A DNA stretch of 63,984 bases, filler included, from a bacterium (GCA_040757115.1; 8 parts of 8 records of this genome joined end to end with filler, not necessarily neighbours in it), one strand, 5' to 3'. Shown: positions 51,036-62,171, counted from the whole stretch's first letter. Program-made: numbers and translations. Notes: generated by a model not told the origin, from the sequence alone.

Positions 51036-52240
51036 CTTTGTTGCTCTCCTTTTACTGAATACTTACTTACTGGCAAACTAAAGGTAAAAGTAGCTCCCCC
51101 TTCCGGCGGGCAATCTACCCAAATTTTGCCTTGATGATGGTCAATAATCTCCTTACAAATAGCCAGACCAAGCCCCATACCTGTTGGTTTATCAGATAAA
51201 ATATTATCTTTTATCTGATAAAATTTATCAAATATTTTCTCTTGTTCCTCTGTCCTAATTCCAATTCCTGTATCACTAACTGAAATCCAAATTTCATCCT
51301 GAGCATTCGTTGCCGTAATCTTTATCTCTCCTCCAGAAGGAGTAAAATTAACAGCATTATTTATCAAATTAATTAGGACTTCTACCAATTTATCCTCATC
51401 ACCATAAACATAAGGCAGATTATCTGAAACTTCCATTTTTAATTCTACCCCTTTTTTATTAGCCACGACACTCATTTTAGACACGGTATCCTCTATTATT
51501 TTATCAATAGAGATATTCCTTTTTTCCCATTTCAGTTTACCTATTTCGATTCGTGATAGAGTTAATAAATTATTAATTAACCGACCTAATCTCTCACTTT
51601 CGTCATTAATAATCCGGAGAAATTCCATTCTTTCATCTGGCTCTATCTGTTCATCCAATAGTATTTCTGCTAATCCTTTTATTGAAGTCAGCGGAGTTCT
51701 TAGTTCATGAGAGACCGTTACCAATAAATCAGATTTTACTTTGTTTAATCTCTCCAATTCTTTATTGAGTATTTCTAACTCATTGCGTTCTTTTTCCACC
51801 TCCATCAGAGAAGTTCTCAAGACTCTGGTAGTTTTCTCCCATTCGTCATAGGCATGTTCTGCATCTTTATCGACCGTCTCGAGTTCTCTTTTTGTTTTTT
51901 TTAATTCTTCAGTCAAGCGGATTTTCTCAAAAATTTTCTTTAGTTTAAATTGCAGGATTTCTAAAAAAATTGGTTTAGTAATAATATCCAGGTATTGAGG
52001 GTTAAATTTACTCAGAATGGTCGTAGGTTCACCGAGAGCAATAATGGGAACATTTTCACCAATGTCTTTTATTTCCAGGGTATTATCTAAATCCATGATA
52101 ACTAATGGACATTTATCTTTAGTAATTCTGAATTCCTCGGATGTAGAAATAACCTGTGGTAAAAATCCTTCCTGTTCACAAAGTTTTTTTAGAACAGATA
52201 TTATCTGGCTATCTTTGGATACAAGAATAATAGAATCCAT
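51032..52240 (-). CDS. Histidine kinase with degenerate receiver-like N-terminus
   Basis: [27 protein letters not shown]. Confidence 0.92.
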   Translation of the reverse strand: MDSIILVSKDSQIISVLKKLCEQEGFLPQVISTSEEFRITKDKCPLVIMDLDNTLEIKDIGENVPIIALGEPTTILSKFNPQYLDIITKPIFLEILQFKLKKIFEKIRLTEELKKTKRELETVDKDAEHAYDEWEKTTRVLRTSLMEVEKERNELEILNKELERLNKVKSDLLVTVSHELRTPLTSIKGLAEILLDEQIEPDERMEFLRIINDESERLGRLINNLLTLSRIEIGKLKWEKRNISIDKIIEDTVSKMSVVANKKGVELKMEVSDNLPYVYGDEDKLVEVLINLINNAVNFTPSGGEIKITATNAQDEIWISVSDTGIGIRTEEQEKIFDKFYQIKDNILSDKPTGMGLGLAICKEIIDHHQGKIWVDCPPEGGATFTFSLPVSKYSVKGEQQR

Positions 52241-52246
52241 TTTTTA

Positions 52247-53431
52247 TTATCCTAAGACGACAATAGCATCAGTCAAATTATGGAAGGTGCTGATTTTAAA
52301 GATTTTACCTTCTTTTTCTTGCTGAATTGGAGCAATTTCACCATAGGTATAAAATCCTATGAGAGGGACATTTTCACCTAAAATGCCCTGGATAGCATCA
52401 ATTTCTTTTTGTGTTCTGCGACCAAAGACTTTTTTCCGGGCACAGCAGTCAAAAACAAAGATAGCCGCTGGCGTGGTATTTTTTCCTAAATTTGACAAAG
52501 CGTATTCTGAGGCATCCCTGGCGGCTTTAATCGCATCAATCGTTGTTCCAGTAGTCATTTTGACAGTAGCACCTTGAGGAACCTTGCCAGCAAAAGTAAC
52601 TGTTCCTAATTTTCTATCGACAGCCACCGGACAACGAAGATATCGTTGATTATTTTCATCAATTACGCCAAAGGGAAATTCAAACGCCACCTGGGGTAAC
52701 TCATCTGCCCTTTCCCCCAGATATTCTTCATAGAGTTTAAAGACACTTTCTCCATCAAGTTCATAAACAACATTTCCTTCTGCCTTAGTTACTATTCTAT
52801 CACGACCAATAAATGTCCAGCCATGTTTTACACCAGTACTTACTTTTACATTCCCGGAGATTAAAAGCCCAACTGCACCATTGGTTATAACCTGATTATC
52901 ATAGTATTGATATGTTTTTTGAAATTCAAACCCATCGCCGGCTAAACCACCGACAATGTGAAATTCCTCTCCTAAAACTTCCTGTGCACCTCTAACCAAA
53001 TCCACTCCATTGGCTTTAACTCCATCTCCAAACAAAAAGAAAACAGATATTTTTTTTTCATTACCACGATTATCCATAGCCATTTGAGCCGTCATCAAAC
53101 CTGTTTTTTTTGCATCTATATTTGCCTCAAGCCCATATCCCATTGAAAATGATAGGGCATCTGAATTTAGTATCATTAGAGAAACAGAATCTTCCATATA
53201 ACCAGTGGTAAGTATTTCTCCATCCGTAGAACAACCTACCAGAGGAGCATTTTTAATAACTGAATTTACGCCATTAAGCATTTTCTCCTGGTCATACTTA
53301 ATTGCACTAAAGACAAAGACAGCATCTGCCCTTCCATTAGTTTTTTCCATAGCCATTTCAGCCGCCTTAATCCCAGCGGTAAAGGCATCTTCTGAACTGT
53401 GACAATATCCTACTGCGGCTTCTATTCCCAT
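52247..53431 (-). CDS. FIST N/C domain sensory protein
   Basis: GCSTDGEI, GGLAGDG, FDCCAR, GFYTYGEI. Confidence 0.92.
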   Translation of the reverse strand: MGIEAAVGYCHSSEDAFTAGIKAAEMAMEKTNGRADAVFVFSAIKYDQEKMLNGVNSVIKNAPLVGCSTDGEILTTGYMEDSVSLMILNSDALSFSMGYGLEANIDAKKTGLMTAQMAMDNRGNEKKISVFFLFGDGVKANGVDLVRGAQEVLGEEFHIVGGLAGDGFEFQKTYQYYDNQVITNGAVGLLISGNVKVSTGVKHGWTFIGRDRIVTKAEGNVVYELDGESVFKLYEEYLGERADELPQVAFEFPFGVIDENNQRYLRCPVAVDRKLGTVTFAGKVPQGATVKMTTGTTIDAIKAARDASEYALSNLGKNTTPAAIFVFDCCARKKVFGRRTQKEIDAIQGILGENVPLIGFYTYGEIAPIQQEKEGKIFKISTFHNLTDAIVVLG

Positions 53432-53691
53432 GATGTTTTACCTCCTTGTATTTGGTAATTGTGCCTTTCACGAAATTCACAACATGTTGATTTGCTTGTA
53501 GTTACAGATACACTCTTTTTCTTATTGCCCTCCTGTCATCTAACTCCTTGATTTCAAAAGAGTTGCAAACGTCAATTTCTTGCTTTTTCTTGATTTTCAC
53601 CCCTTTTAAATAGGGGTGGAGGGCAATTTTACTTTTTTCCCTCTACCCAGAGGGAGGCTACACTTACCCCGGGTTTGCAGGCAATTCCCCC

Positions 53692-53921
53692 TTAATAAAG
53701 GGGGTTAGGGGGTTGTGATTGTTCAATCCATCCTTCAATTGCCCTTAAAACATTGTCTATATCTTTCTTTACATCACTATCATTGAATCTTATGAGAGTT
53801 AAACCCATAGACTTTAATTTCCATCCCCCTTAATAAAGGGGGCATAGGGGGTTGTTTCTTTCCATATCGTACTCAAATCTACTCTCGTTGTGGGTTTCTC
53901 CATCAATTTCAATTACCAGTT
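53692..53921 (-). pseudogene. DUF559/Vsr-like endonuclease C-terminus, interrupted
   Basis: LVIEIDGETH...YDMER then KLKSMGLTLIRFNDSDV; split by CCCCCTTTATTAAGGGGG hairpin. Confidence 0.8.
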
Positions 53922-54221
53922 NNNNNNNNNNNNNNNNNNNNNNNNNNNNNNNNNNNNNNNNNNNNTTAATTAATTAANNNNNNNNNNNNNNNNNNNNNNN
54001 NNNNNNNNNNNNNNNNNNNNNCAAAGAATTACAACTACTTTATTTATAAATGGTTATACTCTTGTTCCTCAATAGTTGAGCATTTTCATTTGACCTAATC
54101 TTTAACTCTATATGCTTTAGTCTGTTCTGTAAATTTAGGAATTATCAGGTTTCATAAAAATAGGTTATCATATAAGGAGAGTATTTGTCAACAAATTTTT
54201 ATGTTTTTAGGAGGGTTGTTT

Positions 54222-57200
54222 ATGTGCCGGAGTAGATGGCTTTTCATTATCCTTTCCTGTATCATTGTTCAGATAGCCTATGCCGAACCTATCCAGATTG
54301 GTATCTTCCTGGGCGATAGCTATTCCAAAACCGGCCTTAAGGCAATTAAGGAGATAGAAAAGGAGTATCCCACCATAAAAGAGCAGGTCTGTTTTCATCT
54401 TTATACCAGCCGCAGGATTAAGGATAAAAAGGATATTAGCAATATTGCTTCCTCAAAGACCATTTTTTTCTTCTACATTCATGATAGCCAGATAGTTGAA
54501 ATAGCAAAGCCCGATATTGAGACGGTAATAAAAAAGGGAGGACGAGTCTATGCTGTAAGTGGGCCATATAAAAAGGAACATCAGGATATGGGGCTTATCG
54601 ATGATGAAAGGATCACCGCTTACTATAAAGAGAATGGGATAGCAAATATAAAGAATATGATGCTCTTTACCCTCCATAGGGACTTTGGGATTGACCTGCC
54701 GTACAAAGAGCCGGTTCCGGTTGTTATCTTTGACTTCGGCATATATCTACGGCACAGAGGCACAGAGGCACAGAGGGAAATAAATCCTGGCACCAACACT
54801 GACACCGACTCTCAGATTGTAGAGACACTTGAGGACTTCTTGAGGTTATACCATCCCCAGTCGCAGGACAAATGGATAGCCCTTACCTTCTATAAAACCT
54901 CCTTTTACTCAGGCAATCTAAGCCACATCAACGCCATAATTGACGGGCTTGAAAAAGGTGGATTCAATGTCCTGCCAGTATATGGCTATCCACCGCAAGC
55001 GGTCATAGAGAGGTATCTTCTTCCTATGCAAGGAAAGCTTCGGCTTATCATCGGACTTTCGTTGAAGATGGGTATAGACCCAAAGGTATTAAATCCATTG
55101 CTTGAAAAGATAGGCGTGCCGGTGATTAATGCCATAACCCTATATACCCAATCAGCGGATGAATGGAGAAAGTCGTCGGTTGGTCTTGATATACTTGAGC
55201 GGGTATGGCTGGTTGCTTTGCCTGAAATACCAGGAATCATCCAGCCAACGGTTATTGCCACAAAGGAAAAGATGGTAGATGCAGAAACCGGGATGGAGTA
55301 TGTAGAGGAAAAACCATTACCAGAAAGGATAAATCAGCTTGTTAATCGGGTAAAGGCATGGATAAACCTTCAGGATAAACCAAACAGGGACAAGCGGGTA
55401 GCGATTATCTATTACAACTATCCGCCAGGTAAGCAAAACATCGGTGCCTCTTATCTGAATGTGCTTCCGCAGAGCCTTTGGGAGATACTTAATAGGCTAA
55501 AGGCTGAAGGTTATGATACAGGTGCTGATGAGATTACCAAAGAGCAACTCTTTCATGATATCCATAGATACGCAAGGAACATCGGCAATTGGGCACAGGG
55601 TGAGCTGGATAGACTTGTAAAAGCAAGGGCGCCAATCCTCATTCCCATTTCTACCTATAAACAATGGTTTAAAGAATTGCCCGAAGGCTTTAAGAAAGCA
55701 GTGATAAAAGATTGGGGAGAACCAGAAGAATGTAAGATTATGACCTGGGTAAATCCTGATGGGAAGAAATTTATCGTTATCCCTGCTGTCCAATACGGAA
55801 ATATACTCTTTACCCCGCAGCCCTCACGCGGCTGGGAGCAGGATATCAAAAAACTCTATCACGATGTTACCCTTAGCCCACATCACCAGTATGTTGCCTT
55901 TTATTTGTGGCTCAAAAAGGTTTTTTCGCCAGATGCAGTGGCACATATCGGCACTCACGGAACACATGAATGGCTTAATGGTAAAGAGGTAGGTTTTACT
56001 GATTGCGACCCACCAGAGGTGTTGATACAAGATTTGCCTAATATCTATCCATATATTGTTGATGATGTAGGAGAAGGGCTTCAGGCAAAGCGTCGGGGTA
56101 TGGCGGTGATTATCGACCATATGACCCCACCATTTAATAAGGCCGGTCTGAATAAAGAACTCAAAGAACTGGCTGCCGTTATCAATGACTATAATGTAGC
56201 CATTGACAAAAGCCCCTTGCTTGGCCAGGCCAGGTTGTCGGAGATAAACAAGATGGCTAAGCAGATGGGGCTGTTAACTGATTTAGGACTAAAAGGGATA
56301 AGCTCAGAGGAGGAGATAGAGATGATAGAGCACTACATCAAGGAGATAGCCGAGAAGCAGACACCTTTTGGCTTACATACCTTTGGGAGGTCACCTGAGG
56401 AAAAATATCGGAAAACAACCGCTGAGGCGATTATCTCCATTGAGCAAAATCTGACTGATGAGGAAAAACACAAGCAGATAGCCGAGATTGAAGAGAGAAT
56501 AGTTAAGTCTGGACAGAGGGAACTTGATTCCTTTATTGCCGCACTCTCAGGGAAATACATCCCTGCCGGACAGGGCAATGACCCCATCAGAAATCCCAAT
56601 TCCCTCCCTACTGGCAAAAACTTCTATTCCTTTGACCCAACAAGGATTCCTGCAAAATCTACTTATGAAATAGGGGTAAGGTTAGCCCAAGAGCTTATTG
56701 AGGGCTATAAACAGAGGCATGGGACATATCCAGATAAACTTACCTTCAACCTCTGGTCAGTTGAGACCATAAGGCAGGAGGGTGTAATGGAGTCCCAGAT
56801 TATGTATCTTATGGGTATAAGACCAAAATGGGACGAGCGGGGAAGGGTCGTTGGGGTCGAAGCAATACCAAGAAGTGAACTTGGCAGACAGAGGATAGAT
56901 GTAACCATTGTTCCAACAGGACTCTACAGAGATTTGTTTTCCAATCTTATGGTACTCCTGGACAAGGCGGTAACATTGGCAAAGGAACAAATTGAGGATG
57001 ACAACCTCATCCGGACTAATGTGCTGAAGACAAAAAAGATGCTTGTAGAAAAGGGGATAGAGGAAGACAAGGCAGAACGGCTTGCGTCTGTGAGAATCTT
57101 CACGGAGCCTTCAGGTGCTTATGGCACTAATCTGAGTAATGTCATCCCCTTATCCAACACATGGGAGAATGAAAGACAAGTGGCGGATGTCTATTTTATG

Positions 57201-58232
57201 CGGATGAGTTATCTTTATGGTCAAGGGTTTTGGGGAGACAAAGGACAAATTGCGGATTGCGGCTTGCAGATTGCAAATTTGAACCCCGAGTCCCGAGTTT
57301 GGACAGAGGATATCAGCCTGACCCTCTTCAAGAATGCCTTATCCGGCACAAAGATAGCAATTCACGGCCGCTCGAGTAATGTTTATGCTACTCTGGATAT
57401 CGATGACGTCTTTCAGTATCTTGGCGGGACAGCAATGGCAATTCGTGTAATTGATGGAAAGACCCCTGAGGTTTATATTACCAATATGTCCAATCCCAAG
57501 TATCCAAAGCAGGAAACGCTGGAAAAATTTATGGGCAGGGAGATGCGGACAAGGTATCTCAACCCCGAATGGATTAAGGAAATGATGAAAGAAGGGTATG
57601 CCGGTGCAAGGTTTATAGATAAGATTGTTGAGCATCTGTGGGGTTGGCAGGTTACTGTGCCAGAGGCAGTTGATTCTGCTAAATGGAATGAGATGTATGA
57701 AACCTATGTTCTGGATAAGAATGGGTTGGGAATAAAGGATATGTTCAGGCAGGCAAAGAATATGTGGGCATATCAATCAATAGTAGCTCGAATGCTTGAG
57801 ACGGTAAGGAAAAATTATTGGAAACCCGATAAAGAGGTTATAGAGACTCTGGCAATAGAATATGCAGATACTGTTCGAGAGGTTGGACTTGCTTGCTGTG
57901 ACCACACTTGCAATAACCCATTACTGACGAAGTTTACCTCATCTGTGCTGGTTTCTGTGCCAGGTCTCTCATCACAGGTTCAAGGGCTGGCAAAGGCATT
58001 AAAGTCAATCCAGCAACCAAACTCACCACAAGTCAATAATAGCCAGAGGACAAAATCAGAGGTAAAGATAATTGTGCCTGACAATAAAGGAAAGGCAGTG
58101 GAGGGCTACGAGATGAAGAATGTTAGCGATTCTGGTGGGGCATCTTCAGCACCCATTCCGTATTTATTTATCACCGGGTTTCTGGCCTTTCTCGGACTTA
58201 TTATGTGGGGTTGGAAAAGCAAAGGTAAATAA
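54222..58232 (+). CDS. CobN/ChlH-family chelatase subunit, exported and C-terminally anchored
   Basis: YNYPPGK, HIGTHGTHEW, LPTGKNFY, RYLNPEWI; N-terminal signal peptide and C-terminal TM helix. Confidence 0.92.
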   Translation: MCRSRWLFIILSCIIVQIAYAEPIQIGIFLGDSYSKTGLKAIKEIEKEYPTIKEQVCFHLYTSRRIKDKKDISNIASSKTIFFFYIHDSQIVEIAKPDIETVIKKGGRVYAVSGPYKKEHQDMGLIDDERITAYYKENGIANIKNMMLFTLHRDFGIDLPYKEPVPVVIFDFGIYLRHRGTEAQREINPGTNTDTDSQIVETLEDFLRLYHPQSQDKWIALTFYKTSFYSGNLSHINAIIDGLEKGGFNVLPVYGYPPQAVIERYLLPMQGKLRLIIGLSLKMGIDPKVLNPLLEKIGVPVINAITLYTQSADEWRKSSVGLDILERVWLVALPEIPGIIQPTVIATKEKMVDAETGMEYVEEKPLPERINQLVNRVKAWINLQDKPNRDKRVAIIYYNYPPGKQNIGASYLNVLPQSLWEILNRLKAEGYDTGADEITKEQLFHDIHRYARNIGNWAQGELDRLVKARAPILIPISTYKQWFKELPEGFKKAVIKDWGEPEECKIMTWVNPDGKKFIVIPAVQYGNILFTPQPSRGWEQDIKKLYHDVTLSPHHQYVAFYLWLKKVFSPDAVAHIGTHGTHEWLNGKEVGFTDCDPPEVLIQDLPNIYPYIVDDVGEGLQAKRRGMAVIIDHMTPPFNKAGLNKELKELAAVINDYNVAIDKSPLLGQARLSEINKMAKQMGLLTDLGLKGISSEEEIEMIEHYIKEIAEKQTPFGLHTFGRSPEEKYRKTTAEAIISIEQNLTDEEKHKQIAEIEERIVKSGQRELDSFIAALSGKYIPAGQGNDPIRNPNSLPTGKNFYSFDPTRIPAKSTYEIGVRLAQELIEGYKQRHGTYPDKLTFNLWSVETIRQEGVMESQIMYLMGIRPKWDERGRVVGVEAIPRSELGRQRIDVTIVPTGLYRDLFSNLMVLLDKAVTLAKEQIEDDNLIRTNVLKTKKMLVEKGIEEDKAERLASVRIFTEPSGAYGTNLSNVIPLSNTWENERQVADVYFMRMSYLYGQGFWGDKGQIADCGLQIANLNPESRVWTEDISLTLFKNALSGTKIAIHGRSSNVYATLDIDDVFQYLGGTAMAIRVIDGKTPEVYITNMSNPKYPKQETLEKFMGREMRTRYLNPEWIKEMMKEGYAGARFIDKIVEHLWGWQVTVPEAVDSAKWNEMYETYVLDKNGLGIKDMFRQAKNMWAYQSIVARMLETVRKNYWKPDKEVIETLAIEYADTVREVGLACCDHTCNNPLLTKFTSSVLVSVPGLSSQVQGLAKALKSIQQPNSPQVNNSQRTKSEVKIIVPDNKGKAVEGYEMKNVSDSGGASSAPIPYLFITGFLAFLGLIMWGWKSKGK

Positions 58233-58299
58233 TATTTTTCTTACTTTTTCCCCTTGACACCATTTATCAGCTGTGATAAAATCGTCTATTGGTGGTTAA

Positions 58300-58557
58300 A
58301 TGAAAAAAATATATCTTATTGGAATTGGCCCTGGCGGTCCTGATTATCTTACTATTCAGGCAATAAATATAATGAAAAAGATAGATGTATTCTTCATCCT
58401 TGAGAAGGAAGGAAATATTGAGTTTCCCAAGATGAGGCTGGAGATACTAAAAAGGTATCTGGATAAAGACACATATCGAGTCGTGACGGCAAAAGTCCCA
58501 AAGCGTCCAAAGAGTAGTCCGTATAAAGAAGGGGTTGAACCCTTACGTCCACTTTAA
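58300..58557 (+). pseudogene. cobF: Precorrin-6A synthase/tetrapyrrole methylase N-terminus, truncated
   Basis: IYLIGIGPGGPDYLTIQAI...DVFFILEK; ends at a GTAAC-element remnant. Confidence 0.7.
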
Positions 58558-58654
58558 ATGCTACTTTGATAATCTCTTCTCTAATTTTCTCATATTTTAA
58601 ACCCCTTCTATTTTATCCGTGTCAATCTGTGTTAATCCGTGGCTGAACAGTTAC
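58549..58654 (-). mobile_element. Left arm of GTAAC element with GxxExxY N-terminal remnant
   Basis: GTAACTGTTCAGCCACGGATTAACAC then LKYEKIREEIIKVAFKV. Confidence 0.65.
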
Positions 58655-58656
58655 AA

Positions 58657-58872
58657 CTACGCAGGGGATTTTTCGGGTATTTTTTGTTGACGGACAATCT
58701 TATTTTCGCGTAATTCTTTTATGGCAATTGTGTTAACTCTTTCCCCTTCAGCCTCATCAATTAGCGGGGTTGCACCATCCAACAATTGAATAGCCCTTTT
58801 AGCGACTAAATTCACTAATTCATAACGATTATCTACCTTTTTTAAAAGCTCTTCCAATGGAATTAAACTCAT
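58657..58872 (-). CDS. rpoZ: RNA polymerase omega subunit
   Basis: KVDNRYELVNLVAKRAIQL; GGAGGG RBS. Confidence 0.93.
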   Translation of the reverse strand: MSLIPLEELLKKVDNRYELVNLVAKRAIQLLDGATPLIDEAEGERVNTIAIKELRENKIVRQQKIPEKSPA

Positions 58873-59351
58873 CTACCCTCCTTAAAAGATTATAGTGATT
58901 TTTTTATTATGTCAAGAAATTTTAGTAAGCGTTCAGGTAGTGTAACAAAAGGAGATGTGGAGATTAAGGAGATAGGGAGATATTATTAAAAAAATTGAAA
59001 TTAATAGAAACTAATAGAAATTTATGGAAATTTGTTGTTTTCCACAATCAANNNNNNNNNNNNNNNNNNNNNNNNNNNNNNNNNNNNNNNNNNNNTTAAT
59101 TAATTAANNNNNNNNNNNNNNNNNNNNNNNNNNNNNNNNNNNNNNNNNNNNGAAATTTATAGAAATAGGTAGAAATTGATTGTGGAAAACAACAAATTTC
59201 CATAAATTTCTATTAGTTTCTATTAATTTCAATTTTTTTAATAATATCTCCCTATCTCCTTAATCTCCATATCTCCTTTTGTTACACCACCTGAACGCTT
59301 ACAAGTTTCTGAATTGACTTTGGCGAAAAAAAGAATATGAGGTAAATATCT

Positions 59352-60266
59352 ATGTATGATGTTGTTATTATTGGTGGTGGTCCTGCAGGCTTGACTGCAG
59401 GATTATATACGAGCCGGGCAAGGCTTAAAACCTTATTGATTGAAAGTTATACCCTACCCTCTCAAGCAGTAACTACCGCCTTTATCGAAAATTACCCGGG
59501 CTTTCCTGAAGGAATTGGCGGTTTTGAATTAATAGAAAGGTTTAGAAAACAGGTAGAAATATTCGGATTAGAATCTACAATTGGGGATGTCCGAGGTATT
59601 CATAGCGTAGATAACACCTGGCGAGTAGAAGTGGGAGATAAAGTATATGATTGCCGATGTTTAATTATTGCCACTGGTGCAAGGCCTAAAGAATTAAATG
59701 TGCCTGGTGAGGTAAAATTTCGCGGGAAAGGAGTATCTTATTGTGCCACCTGCGATGGCGCGCTCTTTAAAAATAAAGATATAGTCGTAGTTGGCGGCGG
59801 CGATACCGCCGTAGAAGAGGCACTATTTTTGACCAGATTTGGCAAAAAAGTTACCTTGATTCATCGAAGAGATACCTTGCGGGCAACAAAAATCCTCCAG
59901 GAAAGAATATCAAAACATGAAAAAGTAGATTTTCTCTGGAACTCAGTCGTGGTTGAAATATCAGGCAACGAAAATGTAGAAGCAATCAAGGTAAAAAATA
60001 CCACAACCCAGCAAGAATCAAAGATATTTTGTGATGGCGTTTTTATCTTTGTTGGACTTATCCCTAACACTGCCTTTCTTAAAGGAATCATAGAATTAGA
60101 TGAGGAAGGATACATTATTACTGATGAAGGGATGAAAACATCAAATGAGGGAATTTTTGCCTGTGGTGATTGTCGGAAGAAATCTTTGCGTCAGATAATT
60201 ACTGCCTGTGGAGATGGTGCATCTGCCGCCTTTTCTGCCCAAAAATATCTGGAAAGAGGTGGTTAA
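59352..60266 (+). CDS. trxB: Thioredoxin reductase
   Basis: GGGPAGLTA, CATCDG, GGGDTAVEEA. Confidence 0.96.
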   Translation: MYDVVIIGGGPAGLTAGLYTSRARLKTLLIESYTLPSQAVTTAFIENYPGFPEGIGGFELIERFRKQVEIFGLESTIGDVRGIHSVDNTWRVEVGDKVYDCRCLIIATGARPKELNVPGEVKFRGKGVSYCATCDGALFKNKDIVVVGGGDTAVEEALFLTRFGKKVTLIHRRDTLRATKILQERISKHEKVDFLWNSVVVEISGNENVEAIKVKNTTTQQESKIFCDGVFIFVGLIPNTAFLKGIIELDEEGYIITDEGMKTSNEGIFACGDCRKKSLRQIITACGDGASAAFSAQKYLERGG

Positions 60267-61337
60267 ATGCGGACAGGAATTGCTAATTTACCACTGCATT
60301 ATGGCAAAGCACCTGCCTGGCTTTTTCAACGAATGAAAAGGTTATCGCGTGAAATTGCTATCTGGGTGGTGAGTGAATTTGGGACAGAAGAACTATTGCG
60401 GAAATTATCTGACCCATTTTGGTTTCAGGCGTTTGGTTGTGTATTAGGGTTTGACTGGCATTCAAGTGGTTTGACCACGACGGTTTGCGGGGCATTAAAA
60501 GAAGGAATTAAAGGATTAGAGCACGAATTAGGGCTATTTATTGCGGGTGGAAAAGGGGCGGCTTCACGAAAAACCCCTACCGAAATCGAATCAAAAGGAA
60601 CAGAATTAATTATAAACCCCAATAAATTAATCTATGCCAGCAAAATGGCGGCGAAGGTTGATAGTGCCGCTTTACAAGATGGCTATCAACTTTATCATCA
60701 TGTTTTTATCTTTACTAAAACAGGTTTATGGTGTGTTGTTCAACAAGGGATGAATGAGAGTAACCGCTATGCCAGACGGTATCACTGGTTAAGTGATGAG
60801 ATGAGAGATTTTGTCTGCGAACCACATACCGCTATCTGCTGTGATAACAAATCTAAGGTGTTAAATATGGTGGCGATTGAAAGCCAAAAGGCAAGAGAGG
60901 CAACTACTTTTATCGCTAAAGAAATGCCAGATAAAGTCATTTTTGATTTAAAAAAACTACAAAACTTAAATTTGCCATCCCATCATCAAGTTTGGCTTAA
61001 GGACATAAATTCCTCTAAATTAAATAAGATTCTTTTGACCACCTACGAGGCACAACCAGCAAATTTTGAGCAACTATTAGGGATAAAAGGTGTAGGAGCA
61101 AAGACTATCCGGGCATTAACTCTAATTTCCGAATTAATTTATGGCACGCCAGCCAGCTTTCGCGACCCGGTAAGATACAGCTTTGCCCATGGTGGAAAAG
61201 ACGGACATCCATATCCCGTCAATAAAGCCACTTATGATATCTCAATTCACATTCTCCATCAAGCAATCTCTGCGGCTAAAATTGGTGAAACAGAAAAAAG
61301 GGATGCCCTCAGACGATTAACTAACTGGTGGGGATAA
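60267..61337 (+). CDS. DUF763 family protein
   Basis: LPLHYGKAPAWL, DWHSSGLTT, FAHGGKDGHPYPV. Confidence 0.92.
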   Translation: MRTGIANLPLHYGKAPAWLFQRMKRLSREIAIWVVSEFGTEELLRKLSDPFWFQAFGCVLGFDWHSSGLTTTVCGALKEGIKGLEHELGLFIAGGKGAASRKTPTEIESKGTELIINPNKLIYASKMAAKVDSAALQDGYQLYHHVFIFTKTGLWCVVQQGMNESNRYARRYHWLSDEMRDFVCEPHTAICCDNKSKVLNMVAIESQKAREATTFIAKEMPDKVIFDLKKLQNLNLPSHHQVWLKDINSSKLNKILLTTYEAQPANFEQLLGIKGVGAKTIRALTLISELIYGTPASFRDPVRYSFAHGGKDGHPYPVNKATYDISIHILHQAISAAKIGETEKRDALRRLTNWWG

Positions 61338-61347
61338 CTGGTTCCTT

Positions 61348-62121
61348 TTACCTGCTTTCTACCTCTTTCTTAATTATTTCTCGAGCTAAATTTATATACG
61401 CCTCGGCACCTGTAGAATTAATCTCATAAAGAATAATTGGCTTACCAAAACTCGGTGATTCTGAAAGTCTAACATTGCACGGGATAACCGTTTGATATAC
61501 CTTACTCGTAAAACACTTTCTAATTTCAGCGGTAATTTGTTGTGAAAGATTAGTCCGGGCATCAAACATAGTCAAAAGTATTCCTTCAATAGCGAGTTTA
61601 GAATTAAGTCTATTTTGAACCAGGGTAATTGTCCCTAAAAGTTGTCCTAATCCTTCTAAGGCGTAATATTCACATTGAATAGGAATTAGAACCGTATCCG
61701 CCGAAACAAGGGAATTTAATGTCAGTAATCCTAATGAAGGTGGCGTATCAATAAAAAGATATTGATAATTATCCTTGATTTCTGCAATCGCCTCTTTTAA
61801 TTTTAATTCACGGCCTTCGATATTGACTAATTCAATTTCAGCGCCAGTTAAAGTTACATTCGCCGGAACTAAATCCAAATGTTCTAATTCTGTCTTACAG
61901 ATAGCCTTCGTAATTGGCTCTTTTCCAATTAACACCTCATAAACATTTGGGTTACACTTATGTTTATCAAATCCTAATCCACTTGTGGTATTCGCCTGAG
62001 GATCCATGTCAATAAGGAGGCAATGTTGACCTAACATTGCAAGGCAGGCGGCGAGATTTATCGCGGTTGTTGTTTTTCCTACCCCTCCTTTCTGATTGGC
62101 AATAGTAATTATTCTACCCAT
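61348..62121 (-). CDS. parA: ParA/Soj chromosome partitioning ATPase
   Basis: NQKGGVGKTTT, DPQAN, QCEYYALEG, NVRLSESPSFG. Confidence 0.96.
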   Translation of the reverse strand: MGRIITIANQKGGVGKTTTAINLAACLAMLGQHCLLIDMDPQANTTSGLGFDKHKCNPNVYEVLIGKEPITKAICKTELEHLDLVPANVTLTGAEIELVNIEGRELKLKEAIAEIKDNYQYLFIDTPPSLGLLTLNSLVSADTVLIPIQCEYYALEGLGQLLGTITLVQNRLNSKLAIEGILLTMFDARTNLSQQITAEIRKCFTSKVYQTVIPCNVRLSESPSFGKPIILYEINSTGAEAYINLAREIIKKEVESR

Positions 62122-62171
62122 AACATTATCCTCCTGATTATTGGTAATTGGTTACCCATTTTTAATTTCGT

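Noticed and set aside
58925-59302. Large palindrome spanning the gap
   Set aside because: The two arms are on separately joined contigs; both may simply end in the same repeat family.
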